Source of the DNA: Enterobacteria phage ATK47
Direction: 5' to 3' (one strand)
DNA length: 64,000 nt
Sequence record: NC_055708.1
Numbering within the stretch: the stretch's first letter is position 1; each line of letters begins with the position of its first letter. Made by a program: the position numbers and the translations under genes. Under the pieces are notes generated by a model that saw only the letters and a program-made list of their open reading frames with translations, had not been told where the DNA came from and did no database searches. Shown here piece after piece: positions 39,012 to 53,500 of the stretch.

Positions 39012-39083
39012 ATTAGCCTCTGTAGTAATATGGGCTTAGGATTAACCGGATGCCCATAGAATTAATTTTTAAACGATATAGTA

Positions 39084-39091
39084 TATTTATA
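39084..39091 (-). promoter_or_regulatory. T4 late promoter TATAAATA for gene 19
   Basis: Reverse complement of TATAAATA between the gene 18 stop and the gene 19 start. Confidence 0.6.
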
Positions 39092-39123
39092 TGGGCTACC
39101 GAAATAGCCCATCAGGCGTCTTA

Positions 39124-41106
39124 TTAACCACCTACAGCACCAATCAGTTCGTCGAAATCGGCACCAGTTGCTGTTGCTACAAAGTTCAACGTAATATAAT
39201 TTATCGAGCGGGCAGGTTGTAAGTAGAAAGTAGCTACAAATTCATTACGGTCGATAACTGCTGGGGTGTTATTGGTAGTATCACAAACAACTTTAAAGTT
39301 ATATACACCACCGAGAGCTTTAATACCCTGTAGATATTGAGAAGTCTCTGTACGGAAAGAAGAACGGGTAAATGCGTTGTTCAATTCAAACAGGCGATAT
39401 TTAGATGCTGAACCAATGTTCGTTTTAACCATATTGAACAAACGACGAACGTTAATACGGTCAAATGGTGAAGGAACGGAAGTGGCAGTTTTATCACCAT
39501 ACAGAACATATCCGTCACCGCCGGTGCCAGTAACAGGGTTAATAGCTTCCTGATACAAACGATCACGTTGTGGTTGACGAGTTTCAATTGCAAGCTTAAT
39601 AACGTTAAGAATTTGTCCACGGTTATAACCGGCCGGAGACATCCAAGGTTGAGAAATATTGTCTGTGCGAGCACAAAGACCTGCAATATCAGCAGCTAAC
39701 GGAACCCAACGATTCACGTCATTATATTTGTCATATTGATATTTATAGTTACCGTCAATAGCAGCATAAGTAGAACTTACATTAAAGTTATTATCAGTGT
39801 AAGTTCCTGATGCAGTACGCCAATCAACCAGATTATCAACTGCACGATTAACAGGAATACCGACTATAGTTGAACGTGGTGGTGAGCAAAGAACCAAGCA
39901 ATCTTGGCGAGAATCACCAATTGCTACAACATGTTTCTGAACCGTGGAAGCAACTTCTAAAGATTCACCTGCACAAGAACCGGCAATAAACAACTGCGCA
40001 TTAACAGATTCGCGGTCAGCAAACAAATCCCAAGCTTCCATTAAATCACCAGCGTCAACCGTTTCATTAGATGATAAGCCACCACTCAGTTTGATTACGC
40101 CAGAGAAACCTTTTGGCCAACCTTGTGCAGTAGCGAAAATATAATTGCTTGCGCCTTTAGCAAAGAAATCATCAATAAAGATATTACTACCATAAATATC
40201 GCGTTCACCACGTTTAGTAGAAAGAACTACACTCTGGACTACAGCATCGTTACGACGAACGATAATTGCATATTGGTCATCTGTTTGTGGGCCATACCCA
40301 AAGATTGCTTTAGCCGTAGATGCACGAGTACCACCATCAGGATAAATTTTTAACTGGGCTGAAGCACCTTTGTCATAGTCTGCTTTAGATACGATTTCAA
40401 TTTCGAGCTGGTCCCCAAGTTCACCAGGATAAAGAGCAACTACGCCTGGGACACCATATTTTTTAATAGATTCTTGGAAAGTTACAGAAGTAATAGCTTC
40501 TTCAGAAGTTTCAACTTCAGTTAACAGAATACCAGAATCAGTTACGATAGAACCAATTGTAATAACGCCAGAGAGCCCAGAAGAAGAACTGGCTACTTCG
40601 GCGGTCCAGTTAGAACCCAATGCCGGATATTCATTAATTTCTTTTGCACGAGCAATAATTTTACCGGTTGGGATATAAATGTTAAGAATTTTACCATCGA
40701 CATCAACTGAAGTTACATAACCATCTGCTTCAACAGTTTCAGTCAAATACTTAACGATAATTTTATCACCAACCGCATAGTTACTACCAGCAGCAGAGAT
40801 TGTGAATTCAATATTGCCTGCTACAGGAGATGAGTTCTTAGCAGTATCACGATCAACTGCGCGTACAACACGAAGGTCATTACCATATTGAAGGAAGTTC
40901 ATAGCAGACATGAAATAATCTGCTGTATCTGTATTAGGAGTACCAAACATATCAACCAATGCAACTTCATCAGTGATTTGTTTAATCTGGAATGCAGGTC
41001 CCCATTGGAATTTTCCAGCCAGGGCAGCAGTACCAGTGGAGTTATTAACTACAGTACTCTGTACGGTAGTTTCTTTGAGCTCAACGCCCGGAGAGAGAAG
41101 TGCCAT
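39124..41106 (-). CDS. 18: Tail sheath protein gp18
   Basis: 660 aa (T4 gp18 is 659); synteny. Confidence 0.9.
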   Translation of the reverse strand: MALLSPGVELKETTVQSTVVNNSTGTAALAGKFQWGPAFQIKQITDEVALVDMFGTPNTDTADYFMSAMNFLQYGNDLRVVRAVDRDTAKNSSPVAGNIEFTISAAGSNYAVGDKIIVKYLTETVEADGYVTSVDVDGKILNIYIPTGKIIARAKEINEYPALGSNWTAEVASSSSGLSGVITIGSIVTDSGILLTEVETSEEAITSVTFQESIKKYGVPGVVALYPGELGDQLEIEIVSKADYDKGASAQLKIYPDGGTRASTAKAIFGYGPQTDDQYAIIVRRNDAVVQSVVLSTKRGERDIYGSNIFIDDFFAKGASNYIFATAQGWPKGFSGVIKLSGGLSSNETVDAGDLMEAWDLFADRESVNAQLFIAGSCAGESLEVASTVQKHVVAIGDSRQDCLVLCSPPRSTIVGIPVNRAVDNLVDWRTASGTYTDNNFNVSSTYAAIDGNYKYQYDKYNDVNRWVPLAADIAGLCARTDNISQPWMSPAGYNRGQILNVIKLAIETRQPQRDRLYQEAINPVTGTGGDGYVLYGDKTATSVPSPFDRINVRRLFNMVKTNIGSASKYRLFELNNAFTRSSFRTETSQYLQGIKALGGVYNFKVVCDTTNNTPAVIDRNEFVATFYLQPARSINYITLNFVATATGADFDELIGAVGG

Positions 41107-41133
41107 TTTAATTCCTCTTAATTTGCTTTATTT

Positions 41134-43450
<2,317 letters not shown>

Positions 43451-43459
43451 ATTTACCTC

Positions 43460-44284
43460 TTATTGTTTTCTAGGACCAGGAGGGGTTGGTGGAGTCGGGA
43501 TTGGAATATCATGAGTATAAGTTTGTTCAACTTCACCATTCCAATCTTGTGCTTCAACGTCTCTCGGTTTAATTTCTGTATCAACTGATTCAAAAACGCT
43601 GGCGGCTGTTTGAAGGTCTCGTTCGTTAGCATGAAAATCAAGATAAGTCGTTTTAATAAGGCCTTCAGCTGCGCCTACCGGAGGATACATCCATCCATTT
43701 ACTTCAAATGTTAATGACCACTCTAAACGTCGACGGGATAAATTATCACCGTCTATTTGTTCATCCATTGCTGCTGCCATCCATACGACTTTAATATCCC
43801 TTTCAAATGGAATATCCTGCCCATATTGCTCAATCATAGTCGTATTAAAATGCGGCTGAAAATATGGAATAATTTGCTCAACGATTTGGAACATATCATC
43901 TTCATAACGAGTAAAGATGCTCAGTTCAAAAATCATTTTAATTGGTGATGGGTTGTATTGGTCTACAATATCCTTAGTCGATTTACTCAAAAGAGAGTTA
44001 TTCAATATATTCGTTTTAAACGTTGGGTTATAAACGAAATCTACCATTTGAAGATTTATACGTGGTAGAATAGTTTCGACTTTAGCCACATCTTCTTGTG
44101 AGTTTATAGAGGTCCATTTATTAAGTTTCATCATAAAGTGCTCTTTAGATGCATACGTAATAGGAACTCTAATTAATTTATTGCCTGTAGACAATTGACG
44201 GTTAACTTGGATATTTGAAAACAAATCGCCCATCATTGTGATATATCGCCTGAACGACGAGTTGTAAAAATAACCAAACATCAT
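43460..44284 (-). CDS. 15: Tail sheath stabiliser and completion protein gp15
   Basis: 274 aa (T4 gp15 is 272); synteny. Confidence 0.85.
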   Translation of the reverse strand: MMFGYFYNSSFRRYITMMGDLFSNIQVNRQLSTGNKLIRVPITYASKEHFMMKLNKWTSINSQEDVAKVETILPRINLQMVDFVYNPTFKTNILNNSLLSKSTKDIVDQYNPSPIKMIFELSIFTRYEDDMFQIVEQIIPYFQPHFNTTMIEQYGQDIPFERDIKVVWMAAAMDEQIDGDNLSRRRLEWSLTFEVNGWMYPPVGAAEGLIKTTYLDFHANERDLQTAASVFESVDTEIKPRDVEAQDWNGEVEQTYTHDIPIPTPPTPPGPRKQ

Positions 44285-44333
44285 TTCTCCTAACCGGCCT
44301 TTCGACCGGTGTTTGCTTTATCTTATCTATTTA

Positions 44334-45098
44334 TTAATTCATAAACCCATCGTCAAATGGTGAATTTTGTCTACCACGGTTGTTAACTACTACATACGGC
44401 TCAACGTATTCACTTGCCTCTGAATTGATTTGCTCAACTTCAGAATATTCATCGATATTAATGTCATGGATACCGTCAAGATTTCTAACAGGGTTAAGTT
44501 CCAAGTCACTAAATTCAGGTATATTGATACCTTCATTTTTCTGAAGCACCGGATTGATTTCTTCGCCAGAGTAAATAAACTTGCCTGCAGTAATTTTACG
44601 AATCGCATTTTTACCTACTTGATAGAATGGGTCGTATGGTTCAACCCAGTTAATCTCAAACAAACTGTTGTCCATTGGGAAGTATATTAAATCACCTTCC
44701 TTGGGCTCCTGATTGTTGACCTGGTGTTTGAAAAGACCTGGGTTAATAGATAATGTAACTTCGTCTTGAACTTGCATTCCGAAGTTGCTGAAGAACGATT
44801 TCGCTCCTTCATAACCTTCAAAAGAGTTCAGATATGCAGCAAATTTCCATGCTTTAGTAAATTTATTTTTAAGGTCCTCACCAAAGATAAGGTCCACGGC
44901 AACATATTCACGTGGAACATAAAAACATTCAATACCGCGCATCTGTATGCTTTCTGCCACTAGAACATCGGCTAATGTCTGACTATTCTCATAGTTATTA
45001 AAATTGACAAATGGATTGAGGATTTCGGTCTCATTTGTCTGAGAATACCCACCACGATTTTCTAGTTTGGCGAAAAGATTTTTATCATAAGTTGCCAT
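44334..45098 (-). CDS. 14: Neck protein gp14
   Basis: 254 aa (T4 gp14 is 256); synteny. Confidence 0.8.
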   Translation of the reverse strand: MATYDKNLFAKLENRGGYSQTNETEILNPFVNFNNYENSQTLADVLVAESIQMRGIECFYVPREYVAVDLIFGEDLKNKFTKAWKFAAYLNSFEGYEGAKSFFSNFGMQVQDEVTLSINPGLFKHQVNNQEPKEGDLIYFPMDNSLFEINWVEPYDPFYQVGKNAIRKITAGKFIYSGEEINPVLQKNEGINIPEFSDLELNPVRNLDGIHDINIDEYSEVEQINSEASEYVEPYVVVNNRGRQNSPFDDGFMN

Positions 45099-45099
45099 A

Positions 45100-46026
45100 T
45101 TAACCTACCAAAATACCTGCAGGAGGGTCCAGTAAATATAACTCTTCTCGTAAAGCTTCTTTCTCTAAACGGGCTTCTTCAATTAATCGAACACCATCAA
45201 CAGTGACGCCACCGGGTAACATCATACCTTGATGTTTAGCAAGAATTTGTCCATTAAGCTCTTTAGCTAATGCAGTTGCATAATCTTTAACCCAGCGGTT
45301 GTTATATGCGCCTTGTTTAGTTGCAGGATCTTCACCGACTCGTCGTCCGACCAAATTATGGTCTGGATTATCATAACGTTCAGAAATAGACCATGAATCA
45401 CGAGGACCGACCTGACCGTACCCTACTGTATTTCCTACCATCTTATGGGTCTCGATATAAGAGCGAACATACGATTCAACGATAATGACATCTTTCTGTC
45501 TAAAGTTACCCATTACTTTTAATTGCTCGTTTGCAGAGTTAAACCAAAAATCTGGAAGAGGAGCAATCATATCTTGAAGCATACCCATATAAGATACTAA
45601 TTGAGAATAATACCCGAGATCAGCGCCAAAAGCGTTCGGGCCGTAGAATTTACCACAATTACTGCCCATACCACCTGAAACACCAGCCATTCCTAAAAGG
45701 AAATCAGTGAACCATGGATAAGTTGCGTTACCATCCATTGAAGTAATAGAGCCAACGTTTGTTCTTATAATTCTTGTTACAGCAAATACATTAGAACCAC
45801 GCATATCAAATACGCCGTGACGGTATTTTTCTTCGTCATCAACAAAAAATACATGGAAACCTTTATTCAACCCGTCAAAATGGTATTCGCCATAAAGTTC
45901 TAACGCTCGTGAAATACAATCATAAATTTGGTCTGTAGTTAATTCAACATTTACAATAGGAGCGCCTAAACGACGTAATATTACATCCTTTAATTCTTTA
46001 GGGTTTTGTGCATTATAACCTGACAT
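45100..46026 (-). CDS. 13: Neck protein gp13
   Basis: 308 aa (T4 gp13 is 309); synteny. Confidence 0.8.
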   Translation of the reverse strand: MSGYNAQNPKELKDVILRRLGAPIVNVELTTDQIYDCISRALELYGEYHFDGLNKGFHVFFVDDEEKYRHGVFDMRGSNVFAVTRIIRTNVGSITSMDGNATYPWFTDFLLGMAGVSGGMGSNCGKFYGPNAFGADLGYYSQLVSYMGMLQDMIAPLPDFWFNSANEQLKVMGNFRQKDVIIVESYVRSYIETHKMVGNTVGYGQVGPRDSWSISERYDNPDHNLVGRRVGEDPATKQGAYNNRWVKDYATALAKELNGQILAKHQGMMLPGGVTVDGVRLIEEARLEKEALREELYLLDPPAGILVG

Positions 46027-46037
46027 ATAAATCCTTT

Positions 46038-46053
46038 AGGGCCCGAAGGCCCT
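46038..46053 (-). other. UUCG-tetraloop hairpin between wac and gene 13
   Basis: AGGGCC-CGAA-GGCCCT on the plus strand, giving a UUCG loop on the minus-strand RNA; no U-run on the minus strand. Confidence 0.45.
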
Positions 46054-46058
46054 TTTCA

Positions 46059-47507
46059 TTAAGCTGTAGGAAGTTCAACCCATGCACCATCTTTGCGAAC
46101 ATAGAATTTACCGTCTGAAGGAGCATCTTCAATATATCCAGCTTCCTTAAGAGTTTGGATTTCAGCTTCTGCAGCGGCCAAATCAGTTTCAAGAGTAGCA
46201 ATTCTAGAAGTTAAACTATTAATTGTCGTATCATGACTTTTAACTGTAGGCAATATACCTCGTTCTTCAACGGTCGAACCATTTGGGTTGGTGCCATTTA
46301 TAAGAGTATTTAATGTGTTTACAGAACCCTTAATTCCTGTGGAATTAGTCCCAACATCAGTTTGAATGTTCTGAATGTCATTACTCATCCCACTGATAGT
46401 TCCTTCAAGCTCTCGAGTACGATAAAGCAAAGAGCCGTCTGGTTCTGGTTTACCGCCTGAAGCGTCAACACCAACTACGTTATTTAACCATGACACATTA
46501 AAACGCAGTCCTGACGAAGAATCAGAGCCGACAACGGTGTTCAATGCTCCGATAGCATCAGTATTGAGTTTAATACGACCTTGGATTGTAGTAGGCAAAT
46601 CATCAGCGCCAATGGCAGTTTCTACTGTGGTCAAACGAGGTTTAATACCGCCTGATTGATTGAGCTCAAGATTAATGTCGTTTATTGCTGAACTATTCGC
46701 ATTAGTTGTAGTAATAATAGAAGTCGTATTAGGATACCCAATAGACTGTTTAATGCCATCCAAGTCAGCATTTTGACGCGACAAAGTTAAATCAATACCG
46801 GAAAGACGACTAAACACTGGAGTAGTGAAAGAAGTACGAGGTCCCATTTCTTCGCGCAAGTGTTCAACTTCAATAGTTAAAGAGCCGACGTCAGAATCAG
46901 CAAATTTAGTTTCTAAATCAGTTAATCGAACACCATGGTCGACAATTACAGAGCTATTGGTCATAATACGGCGTTTCATACCGGTGCTATCATTTCCTGG
47001 AGTAGGAACCCCATTAATATCTTGACCGGTATATTGTCCTAATTCATTTTTAATCCAAAGCAGGTCATTACGAACCGTTCTATAAACTGAATCTGTTTCC
47101 TGATTATAAACACCAATATCATCAGTATTCGCATCAATATGTTCATTCAAATCATTCAATTCACTGGCATGGGTTTGAACTGTGACTTTAATGACATCGA
47201 TATCTTGGGTGTTCTGGCCTATCTGTGCAAGAGCATCAACATCCCCAGAAACATCTAAAATACCTTGAATAACTTTGATATCTTCATTGGCCGTATTCAA
47301 AGAAGATGCTATAGTTTTAATATTAACATCTAACGCTTCTACGTTACGTTGAACTTCAACAATAGGACGGTTCATTACACCTTCAGAACCGTATTTTGTT
47401 TCAGCACCTGTTATTTCTTCATCGTTTTTAATCCATTCAATACGACTCTGACCCGCGTCTGGCGGGCCGTCAACATATGGTAAATCTACCAGAGATATAT
47501 CAGCCAT
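46059..47507 (-). CDS. wac: Fibritin (whisker antigen control) with C-terminal foldon
   Basis: 482 aa (T4 Wac is 487); C-terminal GYIEDAPSDGKFYVRKDGAWVELPTA matches the T4 foldon as I recall it. Confidence 0.85.
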   Translation of the reverse strand: MADISLVDLPYVDGPPDAGQSRIEWIKNDEEITGAETKYGSEGVMNRPIVEVQRNVEALDVNIKTIASSLNTANEDIKVIQGILDVSGDVDALAQIGQNTQDIDVIKVTVQTHASELNDLNEHIDANTDDIGVYNQETDSVYRTVRNDLLWIKNELGQYTGQDINGVPTPGNDSTGMKRRIMTNSSVIVDHGVRLTDLETKFADSDVGSLTIEVEHLREEMGPRTSFTTPVFSRLSGIDLTLSRQNADLDGIKQSIGYPNTTSIITTTNANSSAINDINLELNQSGGIKPRLTTVETAIGADDLPTTIQGRIKLNTDAIGALNTVVGSDSSSGLRFNVSWLNNVVGVDASGGKPEPDGSLLYRTRELEGTISGMSNDIQNIQTDVGTNSTGIKGSVNTLNTLINGTNPNGSTVEERGILPTVKSHDTTINSLTSRIATLETDLAAAEAEIQTLKEAGYIEDAPSDGKFYVRKDGAWVELPTA

Positions 47508-49090
47508 TATTTTACCTTAATGATATAGTTTAAAGAAATGTTCCATGGGCGTGTTTCATTTCCAATTAATTCAGGACGATTTAATGTATATTTGGAATTT
47601 CGTTGTGATGCCGGGTCAATTTCATATCCGTCATTGGTGAAGTATGAACGGTTATCCCAGTCAAGTCCTTTACGTGTACCAACAAAATTTGATCTACGGG
47701 TATTACCGAATGCTCCAGAATCATCATGCTCACCAAATCCGCCAGCGTGTTTATGATAAGACATCTGTTGTTTCTGTACTTCACCAACATATCCACCAGT
47801 ACAACCTACACCTAATCTAGGCTTACCAAACTGGTCATTACCATTAACATTTGGATTTGTTAAGTGAGAGCCACGACCTGAGCCACGAACAAATAATCCA
47901 CGCATATCAGGCAAGCCTGGGTTAGAAGAACTACCACCATATCGTGTCCCAATTCTGGAAGCATATACCGGACATTCTGAAGCAGAAACGGTCCCACCAT
48001 GACAGAAGCGCCAGTCAGAACTCGGTAAACTATCTGCAGCCCACATTGTAATAGCGCCAACTGGAAGAATTCGGTCTAATTCATTTTGAGTCACAATACG
48101 ATTGCCTTGAATATAACCACCGGACATATTGACATTGCCCGTTATATTAGCGCCGCCAGAACCAACCGTCAACGTATTATTAATGCGAAGTGTGCCGTTA
48201 ATAGTTTGTCCGCCTCGTTGGTGGATAACATCAGCATTCCAAGCAAGAGCAGAAGAACCATCACCACCTGATTGGCTACCCGCTTGTGTAGTTAAACGAA
48301 CAACTCCACGTAAAGAAGTTGTAGCCCCACGCCCGTTTAATGTTGCGCCGGTCACTACAACTGAAGAGTTGTTACTATTTACTTCAGTCTGTGTCCCTAG
48401 TTTAACGACGCCTTTATTAGTTTCTGATGCTACTGAATTCATAAAGGTATAAGGTGAAATTGCATAGCCTTCACGCAGGGTGCCTTGTTGTGCTTGAGCA
48501 ACTGTAGCCAAACGAACAACACCGGTAATAGATTCGGTGGCGTCACTATTATTTGGAGCAATTTGTGAAATAAGTTTAATTGCTAATTGTTGCGTTTTTA
48601 ACGGAGTCATTGCCGTTGTATCGTCAGAACCAGCTAATGCCGCAGCAGAAGTTGAAATTTTAATTACACCATTTGTTGCTTCTGTTGACACTTTTGTCTG
48701 AAATACATTGTCTATTTTTTGATTCAATTTAAGCGGAGTAATTGATGCATCGTCAATAGTTCCGGTTACTGCTTCATCTTCAGTAGCATAACGAGTTAAG
48801 CCGTATTGAGTTTCGGTTGCATTAGGATATTGTAGACGAGCATTCAGTGATGCCGGAGTAACAGCTTTATTATTATCTAATCCATCAATAACTTCTTGTG
48901 GAGTAGCTATTTGAATAATTCCTGGTGTAGTAGTTGTTGCTTCCGGTACACCATTAACACCTGAAGGAGAAATAGCAGCTAATGCGGCTTGGACATTAGT
49001 GACTGTATCTGGAAAATTCGTCCCCGTAGGGTCGAATTCAACGTAAATGGATTCGTTTGAAACGTGTTGGTATGTATTGTTATTACTCAT
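47507..49090 (-). CDS. 12: Short tail fibre protein gp12
   Basis: 527 aa, the same as T4 gp12; synteny. Confidence 0.85.
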   Translation of the reverse strand: MSNNNTYQHVSNESIYVEFDPTGTNFPDTVTNVQAALAAISPSGVNGVPEATTTTPGIIQIATPQEVIDGLDNNKAVTPASLNARLQYPNATETQYGLTRYATEDEAVTGTIDDASITPLKLNQKIDNVFQTKVSTEATNGVIKISTSAAALAGSDDTTAMTPLKTQQLAIKLISQIAPNNSDATESITGVVRLATVAQAQQGTLREGYAISPYTFMNSVASETNKGVVKLGTQTEVNSNNSSVVVTGATLNGRGATTSLRGVVRLTTQAGSQSGGDGSSALAWNADVIHQRGGQTINGTLRINNTLTVGSGGANITGNVNMSGGYIQGNRIVTQNELDRILPVGAITMWAADSLPSSDWRFCHGGTVSASECPVYASRIGTRYGGSSSNPGLPDMRGLFVRGSGRGSHLTNPNVNGNDQFGKPRLGVGCTGGYVGEVQKQQMSYHKHAGGFGEHDDSGAFGNTRRSNFVGTRKGLDWDNRSYFTNDGYEIDPASQRNSKYTLNRPELIGNETRPWNISLNYIIKVK

Positions 49091-49764
49091 GAGGCTCTCA
49101 CAAAGTGGTAGAAAACGGTAGGAGTATCATGGTTATCAAGAGTAACCGTTTGGGCACCCAATAAATTCCATGTTCCGTATCCGGATTTTGCTTCAGACAA
49201 AATTTCTTGCGAAATTGTTACACCAAACGAAGCATATGTTGGCAACACATGACGTTGGTTATCTAAATATGTCACCTGAAGTTTATTACCTTCAGTTGGA
49301 TGGTCTTTATAAGAAGAAATAGCGATTTGATTAGCAATGGCCTCTTGTAAAGCTATACGAACTTGTGCCGTTAATTCGTTATCAGTCATACCGATTGTTG
49401 CTTTAACGGCAAGTCCAAATACGTTAATAACGACCGGCGTTCCAGTGTCCAAAGTATCGTCGAGAACATCACCGGAAAAAGTCCAATAATCAACTTGTGC
49501 TGCACCTTCAGGCGATACGCCTGAAGTGTTTGTGACAACAGTACCAATATCAGCTCGTGCCATATTATGGACATCATTTATTGCAGATTCTACGTTAGCA
49601 TCATAAAAACCGCGAGCTAACTGAGAAATAGTCACGGAACCTACAGCTTGGTTGTTTAAAACATCGATTTGAGCTGGATTTTTTCTGTAATTCAAAAAAT
49701 CAGCATGACGGGAAATAACTCCCGCCTTTGTATTAAGTACAGTCATTATGCAATCCTTACCCAA
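49087..49764 (-). CDS. 11: Baseplate wedge protein gp11 (short-fibre connector)
   Basis: 225 aa (T4 gp11 is 219); synteny. Confidence 0.8.
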   Translation of the reverse strand: MGKDCIMTVLNTKAGVISRHADFLNYRKNPAQIDVLNNQAVGSVTISQLARGFYDANVESAINDVHNMARADIGTVVTNTSGVSPEGAAQVDYWTFSGDVLDDTLDTGTPVVINVFGLAVKATIGMTDNELTAQVRIALQEAIANQIAISSYKDHPTEGNKLQVTYLDNQRHVLPTYASFGVTISQEILSEAKSGYGTWNLLGAQTVTLDNHDTPTVFYHFVRAS

Positions 49765-51551
49765 CGGTATACAGTTATAGATGGCTGAATATTAGTTATA
49801 GAACGTGCTGGAACATGAGATCCATTAGTCTTTGCATGGTCTTCACGATATTTAGTGTAAATAGGACCTTCTGCATCTGGGTCATATTGACAACCGCCTA
49901 TAATTACTGTACCATTATCATCAGAAATAAGAACCTTTTCATCGGTTTGTGTAGCTGGTAAATCAGCATTTTCTAATGTGATAGTTGTTACACCAACGGT
50001 ACCACCTGCGGTATGAGTAGGGTTACCATTGATGTCAAGGTCATTATTATTTAATGCAAAATTAGGATCCGATGCGTCATCATTCCAACCGGCTAATACT
50101 TTGCCTTGTCCCCAAATTTTCCACGAACCAAAACCTAAATAAGTGGCCGGATTATTAGGGTTAACCGCATTTTCGTAAATAGTCCCGACAGGATAAATTG
50201 TATCAAATATTGCTGAGATAGTCGAGAATTCACGTTCATACTTAGGAACAGGTTCTACATTAGGCCATCCAATTTTATCGAAATCGGTTAATGCAACGTC
50301 ACCAGTAATTTCAATGTTAGACCCTTGAGAAACATATTTCTCATCAGCGACATCAAGGATTTCTTCCATTTCAAGAAGAGTTCCTAAATCGTTATTAAAC
50401 CATGTGATGGTAATAATGTCTTGGTCTTCAAATTGACGGTCAAACAGAATTGCGCTAGGGATATTATCAGTGTATTCGATAGCATAATCTGTATACGATT
50501 GAGTCCATGTCCCGCCGAGATTAGCGCATGACTCTTCAGAATCAGCATCCACACCTTCACAACGGAAAATAGGAGTTCCAACAGTACCAGCTAATTCTTG
50601 GAGAATACCATTGAAGCGAACTTCTAATGAATTCGGGTTAGGTGGTTCTGTAGGATTAATACCAAATGCTGTAAATGGAATAGACCTGAACGTACTCAAA
50701 TCAGTGACGTAAATACTTCCGTCAATAGACTTTTTAGCAGTCAATTTACTATCTAAAATGCGAACTTGGCGACGAGTATATGAACTACGCCACTGAGAAA
50801 CACCATCTAGGAATGTCTCAATTTGTACAGTATCCCCAACATTACATGGTTGGCGTAATCTAATATTAAATCCATCAAGTGCAACCAGTTCACCAGGATT
50901 AGCGCCCGGAGAACCAAAATCACTATTATCACTGAATACATCGCCATAATACAATTCGTTGCCACGATGTTTTACTCGAATGTTGTTAACGTTATAAGAG
51001 GTCCCGTTAAAAACATCCATGAAATCGGTCTGACCTTGGGTTTCAACCAGATATTCTCTACGAGCAACATTACTAATGTCAGAGCTAACTATTTTATCAA
51101 TTTGTTTGTTCTTGATGTATTCCCAACGTCCAGGAGCACAATAAACTAATTCTAAATCAGAGAACTGAACGTTAATTTCTACCGGAGATGAAGAACCTTT
51201 AATCGTGTCTCCGTTTGCCGGAATTAAAGTAACAGGGTTAATGTTCCAAGTTGCAAATACATCACGAGCACGAATAACTTTATTATAGTCTGCAATTGTC
51301 CCTTTAGGAAGATTTACCGAAACTCGCCCAGAAGTAGTATTAATTGCATAAGATTTACCCCAAGCGGCCTTAAGATTAAGACCATCAGCCGCATCATAAG
51401 TCTTCCATGCGCCAGCGGCATAAGGAACTTCACCATCACCTAATTCATAATAGATTTCGTCAAAGTTCTCATTTATCTTTTCACCACCTCGACGAAGGTA
51501 ATCGCCTTGTCCGTCATCAACGACGTTACCAATTTTAATATTTTGTTTCAT
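49746..51551 (-). CDS. 10: Baseplate wedge protein gp10
   Basis: 601 aa (T4 gp10 is 602); synteny. Confidence 0.85.
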   Translation of the reverse strand: MKQNIKIGNVVDDGQGDYLRRGGEKINENFDEIYYELGDGEVPYAAGAWKTYDAADGLNLKAAWGKSYAINTTSGRVSVNLPKGTIADYNKVIRARDVFATWNINPVTLIPANGDTIKGSSSPVEINVQFSDLELVYCAPGRWEYIKNKQIDKIVSSDISNVARREYLVETQGQTDFMDVFNGTSYNVNNIRVKHRGNELYYGDVFSDNSDFGSPGANPGELVALDGFNIRLRQPCNVGDTVQIETFLDGVSQWRSSYTRRQVRILDSKLTAKKSIDGSIYVTDLSTFRSIPFTAFGINPTEPPNPNSLEVRFNGILQELAGTVGTPIFRCEGVDADSEESCANLGGTWTQSYTDYAIEYTDNIPSAILFDRQFEDQDIITITWFNNDLGTLLEMEEILDVADEKYVSQGSNIEITGDVALTDFDKIGWPNVEPVPKYEREFSTISAIFDTIYPVGTIYENAVNPNNPATYLGFGSWKIWGQGKVLAGWNDDASDPNFALNNNDLDINGNPTHTAGGTVGVTTITLENADLPATQTDEKVLISDDNGTVIIGGCQYDPDAEGPIYTKYREDHAKTNGSHVPARSITNIQPSITVYRWVRIA

Positions 51552-52423
51552 TATTGAGCGACCCCAATTTTCTGAGTTGAGATAATTTTAACTGCTGAAC
51601 GTAATCCAATAATATCGGATGTAATCGTCATAGTAGCAAAGTTGTTAATAATACTAAAGCTAATATTAGCAATCTCGTCGGTTTCATCTACATTACCAAC
51701 TCGCATTACTGCAAATTCGGTAGAAAGAACTTCTGAGTTAATTGTATCTATTAGAATATTTATTTCGCATGTTTTTATTTTTCTACCGTCGGCGGATTGG
51801 CATGTAACAAGCAATTTCGCCATGTTATAATCCGTGCGATAAAACAGAGGAATAGAAACTGTGTTTCCTGTAAGACTCCAAGTCCCATCTACAGGAGATT
51901 CTTTCTGTCCAAACATGCTATCAGTAGAATAATTCCATACTGAAGTCGGCCCATTAATTTCAACACAACGAAGAACAACATGGGTATAAGGTGTGGAAAT
52001 AACAAGATTATTAAGAACACCTTTAATCGAACCATCGGTTACTTGGATACTTAAAGGATTGTTAACAGAAATAGACCCATTAGAGTTTATGAATTCTACA
52101 GAGTCACCTAATTCAGGACGGTCAATAATAACAATCACACCACCGTCAGAAGCATCAATATCATGCATAGTGCCTGGTTTAATAGGAGTTTGATAATCGG
52201 CCGCCTTTCCTTTTTGATAATAACCTGTGGCATGAATAGTTTGACCTGTAGGTCCGGTTCCATCTGCTACGGCCATTTTACGTTGATCGCCAAATGCATT
52301 GTAAATAGCGTTGATATCGTCATTTATTTTATTACCACCGTCGAATAAGATATCACCTGTTGAGGCATTACCAATTTCGCCGGTATCGATTAATTGTTTA
52401 GGAGTTTGCTTAAAAAATGCCAT
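51551..52423 (-). CDS. 9: Baseplate wedge protein gp9 (long tail fibre socket)
   Basis: 290 aa (T4 gp9 is 288); synteny. Confidence 0.8.
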   Translation of the reverse strand: MAFFKQTPKQLIDTGEIGNASTGDILFDGGNKINDDINAIYNAFGDQRKMAVADGTGPTGQTIHATGYYQKGKAADYQTPIKPGTMHDIDASDGGVIVIIDRPELGDSVEFINSNGSISVNNPLSIQVTDGSIKGVLNNLVISTPYTHVVLRCVEINGPTSVWNYSTDSMFGQKESPVDGTWSLTGNTVSIPLFYRTDYNMAKLLVTCQSADGRKIKTCEINILIDTINSEVLSTEFAVMRVGNVDETDEIANISFSIINNFATMTITSDIIGLRSAVKIISTQKIGVAQ

Positions 52424-52455
52424 AATTCTGCCTTTTGTTGTCCGATATTATATTC

Positions 52456-52463
52456 TATTTATA
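52456..52463 (-). promoter_or_regulatory. T4 late promoter TATAAATA for gene 9
   Basis: Reverse complement of TATAAATA, about 32 nt upstream of the gene 9 start. Confidence 0.6.
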
Positions 52464-52474
52464 GATACAAAAAT

Positions 52475-52492
52475 GGGAGCCCGAAGGCTCCC
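52475..52492 (-). other. UUCG-tetraloop hairpin between genes 8 and 9
   Basis: GGGAGCC-CGAA-GGCTCCC on the plus strand (UUCG loop on the minus-strand RNA), directly upstream of the gene 9 late promoter. Confidence 0.5.
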
Positions 52493-52495
52493 TAA

Positions 52496-53500
52496 TTAAA
52501 ACATAAACAAAATGTTAATTTCTTCTGTTTGGTCCATTGCCATAATAACAGGTGGTCGGTTTTCCATATAAATCATTTCACCTGAATGACGTTGCAGGTC
52601 TCTAGGGTCGTAATAATCCTTTTCTGCTTTAACATTAGGGTCATTTGGATTTTTCTTAGCTTCTAATGGGTTTGCGATAATTGATATCTGTCTAAAACCC
52701 TTGTTACCAGGCAAAGCTGCCTCAGGGAAATAAACAGAATCAAAATATGCTTTAAACCGCATCGTATTGGCTTTAACACGGTAAATCAAGCCGTAGTCGT
52801 CTTGTTGCCAAGTTAAGTTATTTTCGTATCCCCAACGCGTAGGGTCTTCTTTAATTTCTTCCGGCCATGGAACTACAAGATATTCATTAGTGCAACGGTT
52901 AATTGACACATCGGCAGGAATCTCATAAAGGTATTCCCAAATATATCCATCACCGGTTTCGATAACCCCATTAGCATCGCCTCTGCCTTCAGGAGGAGAC
53001 ATAGAACGAACAGACGGGGTCCATTTACCACCTAATTTAAGACATTCATCTTTATTATCTAAAGATTCTATTGAACAGAGCCCTACGTCAGGGACGTCTA
53101 AACAACGGTAAATTAACCAACCGGCTCCAACTTCTGTCGCGTTGTACGGAGCAGTATTACATGCGACTATATCGTTAATTCTAAACGTGTAAGGGTCTGG
53201 ATATCGCACATCTCCCCAATCACGTCTAGGAATAACAGAATCTAACATTGAAGGTAAAACTTTAACGGTACCCATCATATGGGTCCACATATCAGTAACA
53301 CCAAGAACAGAATCTGTAGGATAAGGTGGGGCGAAGCCCACCTCATTTTCATTTGACGCCCAAGGCTCTGAACGTCCAAACGTAATATAAATGGAGTTCT
53401 TATCATCTCCATCCCCAACTGAATTATAAAAATTCAGCATTTTCTCTGTTCTAAATTTTGATGTAACTATTGCACGATAGATAACACTTGAATCATTCAT
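52496..53500 (-). CDS. 8: Baseplate wedge protein gp8
   Basis: 334 aa, the same as T4 gp8. Confidence 0.8.
   Translation of the reverse strand: MNDSSVIYRAIVTSKFRTEKMLNFYNSVGDGDDKNSIYITFGRSEPWASNENEVGFAPPYPTDSVLGVTDMWTHMMGTVKVLPSMLDSVIPRRDWGDVRYPDPYTFRINDIVACNTAPYNATEVGAGWLIYRCLDVPDVGLCSIESLDNKDECLKLGGKWTPSVRSMSPPEGRGDANGVIETGDGYIWEYLYEIPADVSINRCTNEYLVVPWPEEIKEDPTRWGYENNLTWQQDDYGLIYRVKANTMRFKAYFDSVYFPEAALPGNKGFRQISIIANPLEAKKNPNDPNVKAEKDYYDPRDLQRHSGEMIYMENRPPVIMAMDQTEEINILFMF

Noticed and set aside
38448-39059. 203-aa plus-strand ORF from the ORF track
   Set aside because: It lies entirely antisense to gp19 and the 20/19 junction, which have strong sequence-level identity to T4 proteins. It has serine/threonine/cysteine-rich low-complexity composition and no Shine-Dalgarno sequence.
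44285-44333. Possible late promoter and hairpin between genes 15 and 14
   Set aside because: The best motif (TATTTATT on the plus strand) is one mismatch from the late consensus, and the ACCGG...CCGGT stem is only 5 bp with an 8-nt loop. Too weak to call.
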